From a virus: a DNA stretch of 64,000 nucleotides. Below, in pieces: positions 48,651 to 56,805 of this stretch (the first letter of the stretch is position 1; each line of letters starts with the position of its first letter). Made by a program: the position numbers and the translations under genes. The stretch is taken from positions 12,088-76,087 of IMG/VR virus record IMGVR_UViG_3300031957_002648; one strand, given 5' to 3'. The notes beneath the pieces are model-generated. The model had not been told where the DNA came from. It did not search any database and was given only the letters and a program-made list of their open reading frames with translations.

Positions 48651-49142
48651 ATGAAAAAAGCATGGATTGCTTTTGGAATGATTCTGATGACGGCAAGCGC
48701 AGCGCGAGCCGATATTTCGCATAGAATTTCTTCTTCAGTGCAACTCACCGTAGATGCAGCCGCTTCGCAAGCAACTAGACTTGGATCTTCATATTCGGTA
48801 AGTGGTAGCAATATTAGTGTCACTACGGAGGGTGGACTTGGAGCACTTACTCCTGGTAGCGCAGTTGGTTACACAGCAGCCGACTACTCTGCCCCCACCG
48901 ATGGAACCTCATGGTCTTTCAGTGAAGCCTTCACCGAAGGAGACGCAACCCCAACAGGAACGACCATTACTAGCGGTGTGGCTGCATCCATCCCCGCGTT
49001 TGGAAGTGTCACAACAACTGCTGGTGGGGTGGCTGGTAGCCTCGCTGGTAGCATCGATTCTTCTGGCACAATGTCATTAACTGCTGGTGGTGCTGGAACA
49101 AGTGCTACTGGACAATTTGTTTCTGAAATTACCATTAAATAG
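48651..49142 (+). CDS. Exported Ser/Thr/Gly-rich protein (163 aa)
   Basis: Signal peptide MKKAWIAFGMILMTASAARA|DI. Confidence 0.85.
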   Translation: MKKAWIAFGMILMTASAARADISHRISSSVQLTVDAAASQATRLGSSYSVSGSNISVTTEGGLGALTPGSAVGYTAADYSAPTDGTSWSFSEAFTEGDATPTGTTITSGVAASIPAFGSVTTTAGGVAGSLAGSIDSSGTMSLTAGGAGTSATGQFVSEITIK

Positions 49143-49148
49143 TAATGT

Positions 49149-49622
49149 CTAAATATAACGAGCGGTATATCCTTTATGAATTTTTCTGTGACCGCCAGCA
49201 ACAGCAAGGAGATGTGTAGAATTTAATCCCAATTCTCTGGCAATATCAGTAATTACACCAGTATATTTTTCACCAGTTTTGGTATTAATAACTTCTCCTT
49301 GTTTTGCTCTAACTCTATTAGACCAACTATTCTGGCCAGAGTTTTTTACACTAACTCCTTTTTTAGATTTAGAAATTTTCTTTTTAGTTTCTTCTGATAA
49401 AGGACGACCTTTGTTCCACCCAGCAACAAAACTTTCTTCACCTTTCAGCATCTTCCATGCTTTAAAATCCGAAGCAAGTCCCAACCGTTGCCACTCACAA
49501 AAATGGAACATACAATGTTGAGTATAAGATACTTCAACTAAATTAGATGGGTCATCATTTCCACCTCTATGTTTAGGTATAATATGATGTTTATACTTTT
49601 TAACTTCATTAAGACAAGACAT
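49149..49622 (-). mobile_element. Free-standing HNH homing endonuclease with NUMOD3-type DNA-binding region
   Basis: HHIIPKHRGGNDDPSNLV...QHCMFH; WNKGRPLSEETKKKISKSKKG; own TATAAATA late promoter at 49654-49661. Confidence 0.88.
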
Positions 49623-50048
49623 TTGTGGAGGTTCCGAACTTTACTTCCATTATTATTTATACAAATGTCTCCCGCTATGGCGGTTCCAGTCGTGCCTAAT
49701 TTTAGTCAAGGTTCGATGACATCACACACAGAGACAACTCAAAAAATTACAGAGACCATCAATTCTATGGATTACAGTACAGGGTATCAATACTCTGCAA
49801 CTGGATCTGGAATTACAGCAAATGGAAACCTATCTCCCGGAACAGGAGATACAAATGTAACTATCGATGGAGTGACATCATCATGGACAGGCGTGACCAG
49901 CAAACCAACATTCACACAAACAACACCAGGAACTGCGTTTCAATTCACAGAAACGTATCAAGGGCCCGGTTTAAAGAATCAAACAATAATTCAAAGAGTC
50001 ACAGAAATAACAAGCGTAACAGACACTACAAGTATCTTCTCGCAATAA
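49623..50048 (+). CDS. Exported Thr-rich protein (start uncertain)
   Basis: ...RTLLPLLFIQMSPAMA|VPVVPNFSQGSMTSHTET...DTTSIFSQ. Confidence 0.8.
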   Translation: MWRFRTLLPLLFIQMSPAMAVPVVPNFSQGSMTSHTETTQKITETINSMDYSTGYQYSATGSGITANGNLSPGTGDTNVTIDGVTSSWTGVTSKPTFTQTTPGTAFQFTETYQGPGLKNQTIIQRVTEITSVTDTTSIFSQ

Positions 50049-50731
50049 TTTCTCTTGGAATACTATCCCCGACTACGGCAATGGGTGAAACTGTGGGTGG
50101 TGTTAGCGCCACAGCTGCTCCTGTTGCTAACTCTTCAGGTTCTGTTACTAACCAGGCAATACAAGTTCTACAAGGCCCGTACATCACAAACACTTACGGT
50201 GCCGGGATCCAGTGTCAAGGACCCACACTCAACTTCACACCATATGTGACCGGAAGTGCAACTGCTGCCAAACCATACGAGCCATATTATTATGATCCTG
50301 TGTATGATGTGCGGGATCTCGATGAGGATGGTGCCCCTGATAATCCTGGGTCTGTTCTTTATCGCATTCCAGTAAGAACTGGACAAAAGGATAACTATAA
50401 TTTGAGTATAGGATTCTCTGCCACTTGGTCAACACCTCTGGACAAAAAACTCCAGAACCAATGTAAAGAAGCAGCTGCCGCTAACATCGCAATGATGAAA
50501 CAACAAACTGCTAATAAAAGATTGGATTTTGAAATTGCGAGATTAAAAAATTGTGGCGAACTCATGCAAAGAGGCATTCTATTCCGTCCTGGCACAGAGA
50601 TGGCAAAGATTTGTGCTGATGTAATGGTGATGAATAAGAATGCAATTGCTCCACACCGTCATTCTATTCCTACTTCCTCAGGTCCCGCTGCAACTGGCGT
50701 CTCTCTTCAACAGAAAGCACCTCAGCCTTGA
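49883..50731 (+). CDS. Exported or membrane-anchored protein overlapping the upstream gene (start uncertain)
   Basis: KYLLAIISLGILSPTTAMG|ETVGGVSATA...GIQCQGP...DFEIARLKNCG. Confidence 0.8.
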   Translation: MDRRDQQTNIHTNNTRNCVSIHRNVSRARFKESNNNSKSHRNNKRNRHYKYLLAIISLGILSPTTAMGETVGGVSATAAPVANSSGSVTNQAIQVLQGPYITNTYGAGIQCQGPTLNFTPYVTGSATAAKPYEPYYYDPVYDVRDLDEDGAPDNPGSVLYRIPVRTGQKDNYNLSIGFSATWSTPLDKKLQNQCKEAAAANIAMMKQQTANKRLDFEIARLKNCGELMQRGILFRPGTEMAKICADVMVMNKNAIAPHRHSIPTSSGPAATGVSLQQKAPQP

Positions 50732-51335
50732 CACCTATCTTATCTTGTGCTTTTTTAACTATCTTTTTCACTAAAGGTTTGATAAGTTTTAATAGAAGCT
50801 CCGCCAATGGTTTTCCAAAGACTGCTGCTCCTGCTGCTGCTACGGCAATAGTAACTGTTGTTGATACTTCTTCTGCTGACGGCAAGTATTTCTCCACAAA
50901 TGTTGGTTCTTCGATTACCTCTACAGATTCTTCCTTCTTCTCTTCTTTTGTGATAGCAGTGACAGGAGGTGCTGGTGGAGGAGTATCCAATACTGGTGTT
51001 TCTGGTATCTCTGGCGTCTCACCCTCATAAGAAGGTACAGGTTTAGGAGGTCCGGTAAATACCATACCTTCTGGCGTATAATCAATTGGATTAAATGACG
51101 GAACTTGCCCATCACAATATATCATTTTACCACTAGGATCATCTTCAATCAGTCCAGGGCCATCTGGATGAGATTCCACACACCCTGGCACATCTACAAT
51201 AGGAGTTCCTATCGTTACTGTGACAGGAACAGTTCTAGTTATAATTGGTTCAGGAAGGCCCGTAAAGACACTTCTTACCGGTGGAATACCAATTTCTCTA
51301 ATAGGTTCAATTTTCACATCACGAATATCAGGCAT
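50670..51335 (-). CDS. Pro-rich membrane protein, convergent and overlapping
   Basis: IGTPIVDVPGCVE...CDGQVPSFNPIDY; C-terminal hydrophobic helix and basic tail. Confidence 0.8.
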   Translation of the reverse strand: MPDIRDVKIEPIREIGIPPVRSVFTGLPEPIITRTVPVTVTIGTPIVDVPGCVESHPDGPGLIEDDPSGKMIYCDGQVPSFNPIDYTPEGMVFTGPPKPVPSYEGETPEIPETPVLDTPPPAPPVTAITKEEKKEESVEVIEEPTFVEKYLPSAEEVSTTVTIAVAAAGAAVFGKPLAELLLKLIKPLVKKIVKKAQDKIGVKAEVLSVEERRQLQRDLRK

Positions 51336-51445
51336 TAGTCTTTAAAGATATTGGCAAGTGCAGTGAACAGGTGAAAGAAAATCACATACAAGAAAAACTT
51401 GTCTTGATTATCATTCCTCTTTTTCGCTGGTACTGATCTAGCCAT
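51335..51445 (-). CDS. Small membrane peptide (36 aa)
   Basis: MARSVPAKKRNDNQDKFFLYVIFFHLFTALANIFKD*; TAATG coupling to the next gene. Confidence 0.6.
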   Translation of the reverse strand: MARSVPAKKRNDNQDKFFLYVIFFHLFTALANIFKD

Positions 51446-51481
51446 GGTCTAGACATGAAACTTCATTACTATTTAACAATT

Positions 51482-51724
51482 TCATAGTGGAAGAACACCA
51501 CCTGTTGCTTTTGGCAACTCTTTAGGTGCTGGAATCTCTGGCATAGCAGCATCTACCATACCAGGAAGTGCCTCTGTGATTGCTTCTGTGATTGCTTCTG
51601 TTGCTCTCTGACGAGCGTCTTCAATAAGTGCATCCTTATTGACATAAAGATAACCCGCTGCCCCTACAATGGACAGAGAGACCAAACCAGAAAGAAGGGC
51701 AATGGTGTTAACTAACTTTTGCAT
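51482..51724 (-). CDS. N-anchored membrane protein (80 aa)
   Basis: MQKLVNTIALLSGLVSL... TM helix, then helical and Pro-rich tail. Confidence 0.75.
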   Translation of the reverse strand: MQKLVNTIALLSGLVSLSIVGAAGYLYVNKDALIEDARQRATEAITEAITEALPGMVDAAMPEIPAPKELPKATGGVLPL

Positions 51725-51869
51725 TTTCCTCTCCGTGGGCTAGTGAATAAAGACCTGTAAGTAATTCTTTGATACCATCATATTCTTTGTAATTTCCACG
51801 ATGGAGATACTCCACCTGTTTATTTCTCACAATAGCTTCGACTTGTTGCCATTGTCGTTGATCCATCAT
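51708..51869 (-). CDS. Hypothetical protein (53 aa)
   Basis: MMDQRQWQQVEAIVRNKQ...; coupled on both sides. Confidence 0.6.
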   Translation of the reverse strand: MMDQRQWQQVEAIVRNKQVEYLHRGNYKEYDGIKELLTGLYSLAHGEENAKVS

Positions 51870-52327
51870 CCCTCTAAGGTTCCGTGTGCTCTACGAATCT
51901 CACGAAGTTCTTCAAAGTTCTTTTGTTTGGTGCCACCATCATAGGCCCAGGCATACCCCTCAGCAATCATTTGTTCGTTGAGTGAGAGATCTGAGTCCCC
52001 AATATATAACCAACCCAAAAGCCTACCGTACTTGCCGACACCACCGACAAGTTCAGTACGAATAACAAGATCATCATTCCCGCTAATCGCGCTTTCGAGT
52101 TTGTCTGTGAGCCATTTTGTTGCGTCATAACCTAATGCCTTTTCTTCTAGGTCTTTTGTTCTTTTTTCCGGCGTGTCCACACCAGCAACTCTAACTCTTT
52201 CTTTTTTATAAAGATCAAAACCGAGATCAATCGTGACATCGATAGTGTCTCCGTCAAGAACTCTGTTTATCTCAATGACTCGAAAGTTGTAGCAGGACTT
52301 CCTGCTTGGTGGCGTCATGGCTCCCAT
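51866..52327 (-). CDS. Thermonuclease (SNase-like) protein
   Basis: RVLDGDTIDV...RVRVAGVDTPE...GKYGRLLG. Confidence 0.9.
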   Translation of the reverse strand: MGAMTPPSRKSCYNFRVIEINRVLDGDTIDVTIDLGFDLYKKERVRVAGVDTPEKRTKDLEEKALGYDATKWLTDKLESAISGNDDLVIRTELVGGVGKYGRLLGWLYIGDSDLSLNEQMIAEGYAWAYDGGTKQKNFEELREIRRAHGTLEG

Positions 52328-52532
52328 CTGTTACCTCCTGTGCGTTCGCTGCAATGCCTGCAATAACAATCACGGCGGCGATGACCGCACCGGCACCCCA
52401 GACCCATTTTTCGAGAAGTCGAACACGGCCGCGAAGATCATGAAAATCTTTTACAGTATCTTCAATCTTCTGTTTGAGGAGTGCTATCTCCCGGTTCTGG
52501 TCCGCATCTATCTGGTTGATTTGATCCGGCAT
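52272..52532 (-). CDS. Coiled-coil plus TM small protein
   Basis: RVRLLEKWVWGAGAVIAAVIVIAGIA. Confidence 0.65.
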   Translation of the reverse strand: MPDQINQIDADQNREIALLKQKIEDTVKDFHDLRGRVRLLEKWVWGAGAVIAAVIVIAGIAANAQEVTDGSHDATKQEVLLQLSSH

Positions 52533-52668
52533 CGTTCAACTCACTGAATGCTAAATCCATAATAGTATATATGTAATAAGCAACTCCGGCAAGAAGTATT
52601 ATTAAACACCAAATAATACTCCAAGTTACGTCATTGACATCAGCGAGGGGGCGAAGGAACAGTTCCAT
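52462..52668 (-). CDS. Small membrane protein
   Basis: LRPLADVNDVTWSIIWCLIILLAGVAYYI. Confidence 0.65.
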   Translation of the reverse strand: MELFLRPLADVNDVTWSIIWCLIILLAGVAYYIYTIMDLAFSELNDAGSNQPDRCGPEPGDSTPQTED

Positions 52669-52834
52669 CTTTACTATTACGACTAGGGATCATTTGATAA
52701 GCTAATTTATCTCTCAGACGATTGACTCTTTCTTCGGTAAAGTCTGTAAATTTTCCTCTCTTCTCTGACTTTTTATAATAGTGTAATGCATTTTGGATGA
52801 TTGTAAAATCTTCCATGTCCAAATCAAATTTCAT
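52640..52834 (-). CDS. Hypothetical protein
   Basis: MKFDLDMEDFTIIQNALHYYKK. Confidence 0.65.
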   Translation of the reverse strand: MKFDLDMEDFTIIQNALHYYKKSEKRGKFTDFTEERVNRLRDKLAYQMIPSRNSKDGTVPSPPR

Positions 52835-53006
52835 GGAACTTATAATCAAGTATTATTCTATATAACCAATCTTTCATATAGAATAATTTCTCTTGCTCTT
52901 CGGCAGGGCCACCAGCCCATTTTTCTAGATGAAAAGACACAGACTTGTACAAAATTCGTACATCCTCTATGTGCATATCAACAGTATAATCTGGTTCTGG
53001 AGTCAT
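52824..53006 (-). CDS. Hypothetical protein
   Basis: IEDVRILY...WAGGPAEEQE. Confidence 0.65.
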   Translation of the reverse strand: MTPEPDYTVDMHIEDVRILYKSVSFHLEKWAGGPAEEQEKLFYMKDWLYRIILDYKFHEI

Positions 53007-53146
53007 CGGTTGTTCGGATCCATTCCTAGGCTAATTAGGTACTCTATCCACCATGAAAGTTTTTCTTTCTTCCACTGAGGAACAGGACGACCTTGTTCAG
53101 AATACCATTCATACAAAGCATCATCGATAGTCTGTGCGATCTCCAT
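53003..53146 (-). CDS. Hypothetical protein (47 aa)
   Basis: MEIAQTIDDALYEWY...WWIEYL. Confidence 0.6.
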   Translation of the reverse strand: MEIAQTIDDALYEWYSEQGRPVPQWKKEKLSWWIEYLISLGMDPNNR

Positions 53147-53330
53147 ATTCTTCTTCCTCTTCATCAACGTCTTCATATGCATTTGCCACATAGGGTCCAT
53201 GTGGTTTTTTGGATTCTTCTCTGACATAATTCTGTTCAGCGTTGACTGCTGAGACCCAAACACTTAACTTCATCACAATCCAAATTAAAGCTAGTGGCGT
53301 GAAGCAACCTACAAGAATTAAAGGTCTCAT
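53121..53330 (-). CDS. Small membrane protein
   Basis: N-terminal TM helix, acidic tail. Confidence 0.6.
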   Translation of the reverse strand: MRPLILVGCFTPLALIWIVMKLSVWVSAVNAEQNYVREESKKPHGPYVANAYEDVDEEEEEYGDRTDYR

Positions 53331-53485
53331 TTGTGACTCCTATTGAAAGGTTCCCAGTGCTCCCATCCATATTTATGGACAGCCCACATACCTAAAATTG
53401 GTATAAAAACAAGGGCGAAGGACATAAATCCTAGCGCCCATGTATTCTCCATCGTATGCCTAACAAACAGTTGAACGTGTGTCAT
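53327..53485 (-). CDS. Small membrane protein (52 aa)
   Basis: MTHVQLFVRH...PILGMWAVHKYGWEHWEPF; ATGA overlaps on both sides. Confidence 0.65.
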   Translation of the reverse strand: MTHVQLFVRHTMENTWALGFMSFALVFIPILGMWAVHKYGWEHWEPFNRSHK

Positions 53486-53679
53486 TGTTTATTATAAGAT
53501 TGCCACAATTTTCTAAAGTACCTATCAACGTGGTGCAAATCATCAAGTGGTGCTAACTCATCACCACGAGCCCATTCTTCACAAAAATCATACATTTCCG
53601 GCAAGATATATGAGGGACCATACATTCTTGCAAAAGAAGAGGCTGCGAAACTAAACCGCTGCTTAATGGGCGGTTCCAT
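53482..53679 (-). CDS. Hypothetical protein (65 aa)
   Basis: MEPPIKQRFSFAASSF...MYDFCEEW; start moved to clear the ndhP-like gene. Confidence 0.65.
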   Translation of the reverse strand: MEPPIKQRFSFAASSFARMYGPSYILPEMYDFCEEWARGDELAPLDDLHHVDRYFRKLWQSYNKQ

Positions 53680-53791
53680 TTCCGGTGTAGTCATCGCTTT
53701 CATAGTAGTCATTCTCACCTTTTCGTACCCCGAAATATATCGTGGATAGTACAAAGGGTATTGCGATCCATTTGAGAAACTCACCGAACAT
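53663..53791 (-). CDS. ndhP: NdhP-like subunit of cyanobacterial NDH-1L (42 aa)
   Basis: MFGEFLKWIAIPFVLSTIYFGVRKGENDYYESDDYTGNGTAH*; single TM helix plus FG...YxSDxYxGNGxAH C-terminus. Confidence 0.8.
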   Translation of the reverse strand: MFGEFLKWIAIPFVLSTIYFGVRKGENDYYESDDYTGNGTAH

Positions 53792-54821
53792 CGTGACCCC
53801 CAAACATATATCTCATTCCATTTAGAACCTTGGACGCGAAAGCGCCAAGACGGCGCGAGCTAAATCTTTGATACAAAGCACTGCTGAGTACAGGAGCGGG
53901 TACGCCAAGATCCACAGCAGCATGGACAGTCCAACGACCCTCCCCAGAATCACTGACCCCCCCATCGAACTGATCAAGGGGGTGCTCGTTTCGTAAAACA
54001 TCAGCGGTAAGATCGAGTAACCAACTACCAACAACAGAACCACGACGCCATAACTCAGCCACTTCAGCAACATCAATGTCATAGCAATAATCTTCTGGAT
54101 TTGCCATTGGAGCAACTTCAGCATCATTTTTCTTTGCATATCTGGAGCCAAGATCCGCATTTTCAAGGATGTTAAGTCCTTCAGCAAGTGCTTCCATCAT
54201 ACCATACTCAATACCATTGTGAACCATCTTCACAAAATGGCCTGCTCCAGGCCCACCACAGTGCAACCATCCATACTCTGCACTAGTAGAATAACTTAAA
54301 GGATCTGTTCGGGGAGCAGCGCCGATACCTGGGGCGAGAGCCCTGAAGATAGGAGCGCAGACGGATACTGCAGTATTTGAACCACCAACCATAAGACAGT
54401 ATCCACGCCCCAGACCATGAACACCACCACTAGTACCGCAGTCAAGATACGCGATGCCAAGTTTAGATAGCCTTTCTGCCCTGCGTCGAGAGTCCTTAAA
54501 ATTGGAATTGCCATGATCAATAATAATGTCACCCTCCAAACAAAATTGTAGTAACTCATCAAGGGTGTCCTCTACTGTCTCCGCTGGTACAACCATCATA
54601 AAAATTGCGGGTTTTCTTTCAGAAACACCTTTATGATCATGCAAGACATAAGCCAAATTTTCAATGCTTGTGGTAACGCCTGAGACATATCCTGCCTCAT
54701 ATGCTTCCTCTGCTTTTTTGTAGTTACGTCTGTAGGCCCAAACTTCTATACCTGCCTTTAGCATACGGCGAGACATTCCCTCGCCCATACGACCTAAACC
54801 AATGATTCCGACTTTCATCAT
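53781..54821 (-). CDS. gnd: 6-phosphogluconate dehydrogenase
   Basis: GIIGLGRMG, DCGTSGG, GAGHFVKMVHNGIEYG, DSGEGRW, MRYMFGGH. Confidence 0.97.
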   Translation of the reverse strand: MMKVGIIGLGRMGEGMSRRMLKAGIEVWAYRRNYKKAEEAYEAGYVSGVTTSIENLAYVLHDHKGVSERKPAIFMMVVPAETVEDTLDELLQFCLEGDIIIDHGNSNFKDSRRRAERLSKLGIAYLDCGTSGGVHGLGRGYCLMVGGSNTAVSVCAPIFRALAPGIGAAPRTDPLSYSTSAEYGWLHCGGPGAGHFVKMVHNGIEYGMMEALAEGLNILENADLGSRYAKKNDAEVAPMANPEDYCYDIDVAEVAELWRRGSVVGSWLLDLTADVLRNEHPLDQFDGGVSDSGEGRWTVHAAVDLGVPAPVLSSALYQRFSSRRLGAFASKVLNGMRYMFGGHDVR

Positions 54822-55141
54822 TCAACGTGTACAGTTCCAATCATGCCAGCACCCTTGTGGGGAGCACACCAGTAAGTATAGTCACCTGCTTCAGGAAAGG
54901 CAACCTCAAAGTCTTCACCTGGTAACATTGCCAGGGCTTCATGGCTTAGTTCTGGATGATCCTCTACAACAACATTATGAGGAGGAAGCATGTTGTTAAC
55001 AAAATGAACTGACTCGCCAGCAGCAATAGTGACTTCAGCAGGATCAAAAACGAGACTACCATTGGCACCCATTTGAACGTCAACAGCCCAAGCAGGGAGT
55101 GCCAAAAATAGTGTAGCTAAAAATGCAAAAAAGAACTTCAT
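54818..55141 (-). CDS. petE: Plastocyanin
   Basis: Signal peptide; PHNV; YWCAPHKGAGM copper ligands. Confidence 0.96.
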   Translation of the reverse strand: MKFFFAFLATLFLALPAWAVDVQMGANGSLVFDPAEVTIAAGESVHFVNNMLPPHNVVVEDHPELSHEALAMLPGEDFEVAFPEAGDYTYWCAPHKGAGMIGTVHVE

Positions 55142-55174
55142 TATTCTTTACACAACTACACTATGTAGGTATTT

Positions 55175-55374
55175 TTACCAAAGTTTTACATTATTGTAAC
55201 GAGGATTTGTTTTGACTTCCTGACTTACCATCTCACCCAATTCATCACAACATTTGCACCAAGCCTGCCTAGCTGACGAAGCGCCTAAGGCTTTTTTTGC
55301 CATAGACGCTCCCACTCATACCACAATGCTGAACATTCGGCACTCTTATCATTCAGATGGGATTCTCGATACAC
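55175..55374 (-). CDS. Small Cys/Trp-rich protein in two frames, probably joined by -1 frameshift
   Basis: GTG start with AGGGAG RBS gives MYRESHLNDKSAECSALWYEWERLWQKK(P*); the -1 frame continues ALGASSARQAWCKCCDELGEMVSQEVKTNPRYNNVKLW*. Confidence 0.7.
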
Positions 55375-55645
55375 TATCTCCCTCTTCCTTTTTCTTTTTA
55401 GATGAACCGTTACCATTACCATTAGACTTAGCAGCACTTACACCGAAAGTCGTTAAAGTTCCAGTAAAAACACTGGCAATAAAAGTTGGATCAATTTTAT
55501 TTTGTTCCCAACCAGGGATTGTCACATAGTTTAAAGTTAAAATGCCTCCAGCCCAAATCAAAATAATAACACGAACTACTGCGGACAAACCTTCATCCCA
55601 CCACTGATATCCCTCATAATGATCATCATGCTTTTCCTTGTTCAT
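55349..55645 (-). CDS. Two-TM membrane protein
   Basis: VRVIILIWAGGILTLNY...IDPTFIASVFTGTLTTFGV. Confidence 0.75.
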   Translation of the reverse strand: MNKEKHDDHYEGYQWWDEGLSAVVRVIILIWAGGILTLNYVTIPGWEQNKIDPTFIASVFTGTLTTFGVSAAKSNGNGNGSSKKKKEEGDSVSRIPSE

Positions 55646-55670
55646 GATGGTCTTTATAAATTTTACCAAT

Positions 55671-56375
55671 TTATTTATCCAGATACCCACTGTCAACAAG
55701 ATATTTACGGGTCAAAGGTGTAGGTTTATAAACTTCCCACATAGGAGTTTCAGAAGCACATGCTTCAAGAGCTTCTACAGTCATGTTTTCAGTCCTACCT
55801 GCCCATGTAGCTTCCTTTTCCCAAGGCCAAGTTTGTTTATTAGGATAAGTTCTTTCTACCAAAACTTGATATAAAACAGGCACATCTTCTTCTGGTTTGA
55901 TAATAGCAATCAAACTATTTTTAATAGTTCCTGCCATACAATCCTGTGCAACGTGCCAACCTTCATGACGCATGACTGACATTAGCATTCCAGGACTATT
56001 CATCCACTTTTTATTCAGAAAAAAGTTATTGGATACTGTGTGATAACTTCCACGGGTATTATGTGGAAAATATTTATCTGGTGCTAAAAACACCTTAACT
56101 CCGATTTGATTGAGGGAAACGAGCATTCTGTGGAATTCGTCAGCAATGATATGATAATCATCAGTATTGGAATACTCAGTAGAAATATCCAAAAGGCTAA
56201 AGACTTCTTTGACTCCATCAGTACACTCTCTTAGAATCATACATCCCATAGCATCCATGGTATGATAACCCTTAGTAATCTTAGAGTCGTCAGCACCAAC
56301 TTTAGGTGTCAGGAAAGTTATAGAACTTAGAAGGGTCGCCGTCAAAGCACCTTTCCAGAAAGACATATTTTTCAT
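55671..56375 (-). CDS. Exported zincin-like metalloprotein
   Basis: Signal-like N-terminus; HEGWH (HExxH) and a downstream EKEA. Confidence 0.75.
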   Translation of the reverse strand: MKNMSFWKGALTATLLSSITFLTPKVGADDSKITKGYHTMDAMGCMILRECTDGVKEVFSLLDISTEYSNTDDYHIIADEFHRMLVSLNQIGVKVFLAPDKYFPHNTRGSYHTVSNNFFLNKKWMNSPGMLMSVMRHEGWHVAQDCMAGTIKNSLIAIIKPEEDVPVLYQVLVERTYPNKQTWPWEKEATWAGRTENMTVEALEACASETPMWEVYKPTPLTRKYLVDSGYLDK

Positions 56376-56577
56376 ATTTGTTTTGCTCCAAATATTCATT
56401 AAATTTTTCATCAATGTTTGTCACGTCTTTGTTGCCTTGACTTACCCAATCGTGACAAAACTCATAGACTTCTCTACAATGATCTTCAAGATAGTGCTGC
56501 AGAGCTCTAAAGACTGCTGCTCTCAGTTGCAACCTATCATCACTAAAACGCCAATCTCCTGGCAGACCGTTTGACAT
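56302..56577 (-). CDS. Hypothetical protein
   Basis: DWRFSDDRLQLR...VYEFCHDWV. Confidence 0.65.
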   Translation of the reverse strand: MSNGLPGDWRFSDDRLQLRAAVFRALQHYLEDHCREVYEFCHDWVSQGNKDVTNIDEKFNEYLEQNKYEKYVFLERCFDGDPSKFYNFPDT

Positions 56578-56622
56578 AAATTGATAGTGTCTACTGTATA
56601 TAGTATAGAGTCAATAATCGTT

Positions 56623-56805
56623 TCAGTCAATATATTCTTTGCATTTTTCTACATTCCTTTTACAGAACTGTCTAACATAAGAATCAACATCAATTTCAAT
56701 AGTGTGGTGAGCGTGATTATGAATTATACCGATCAAAATTAAGGTAAGTATGAGTAACCCATTGATTTGTGTTACTGGGTGAGCCAATGCCTTTAAGTAT
56801 TTCAT
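56623..56805 (-). CDS. Small membrane protein (60 aa)
   Basis: TM helix, HNHAHH, DSYVRQFC. Confidence 0.65.
   Translation of the reverse strand: MKYLKALAHPVTQINGLLILTLILIGIIHNHAHHTIEIDVDSYVRQFCKRNVEKCKEYID

Noticed and set aside
49144-49670. HNH insert as a transposon or self-splicing intron
   Set aside because: No transposase or terminal inverted repeats and no room for a ribozyme core; the 7-bp direct repeat could be chance
53680-53784. N-terminal extension of the 100-aa track ORF
   Set aside because: The region is better explained by the ndhP-like gene in another frame
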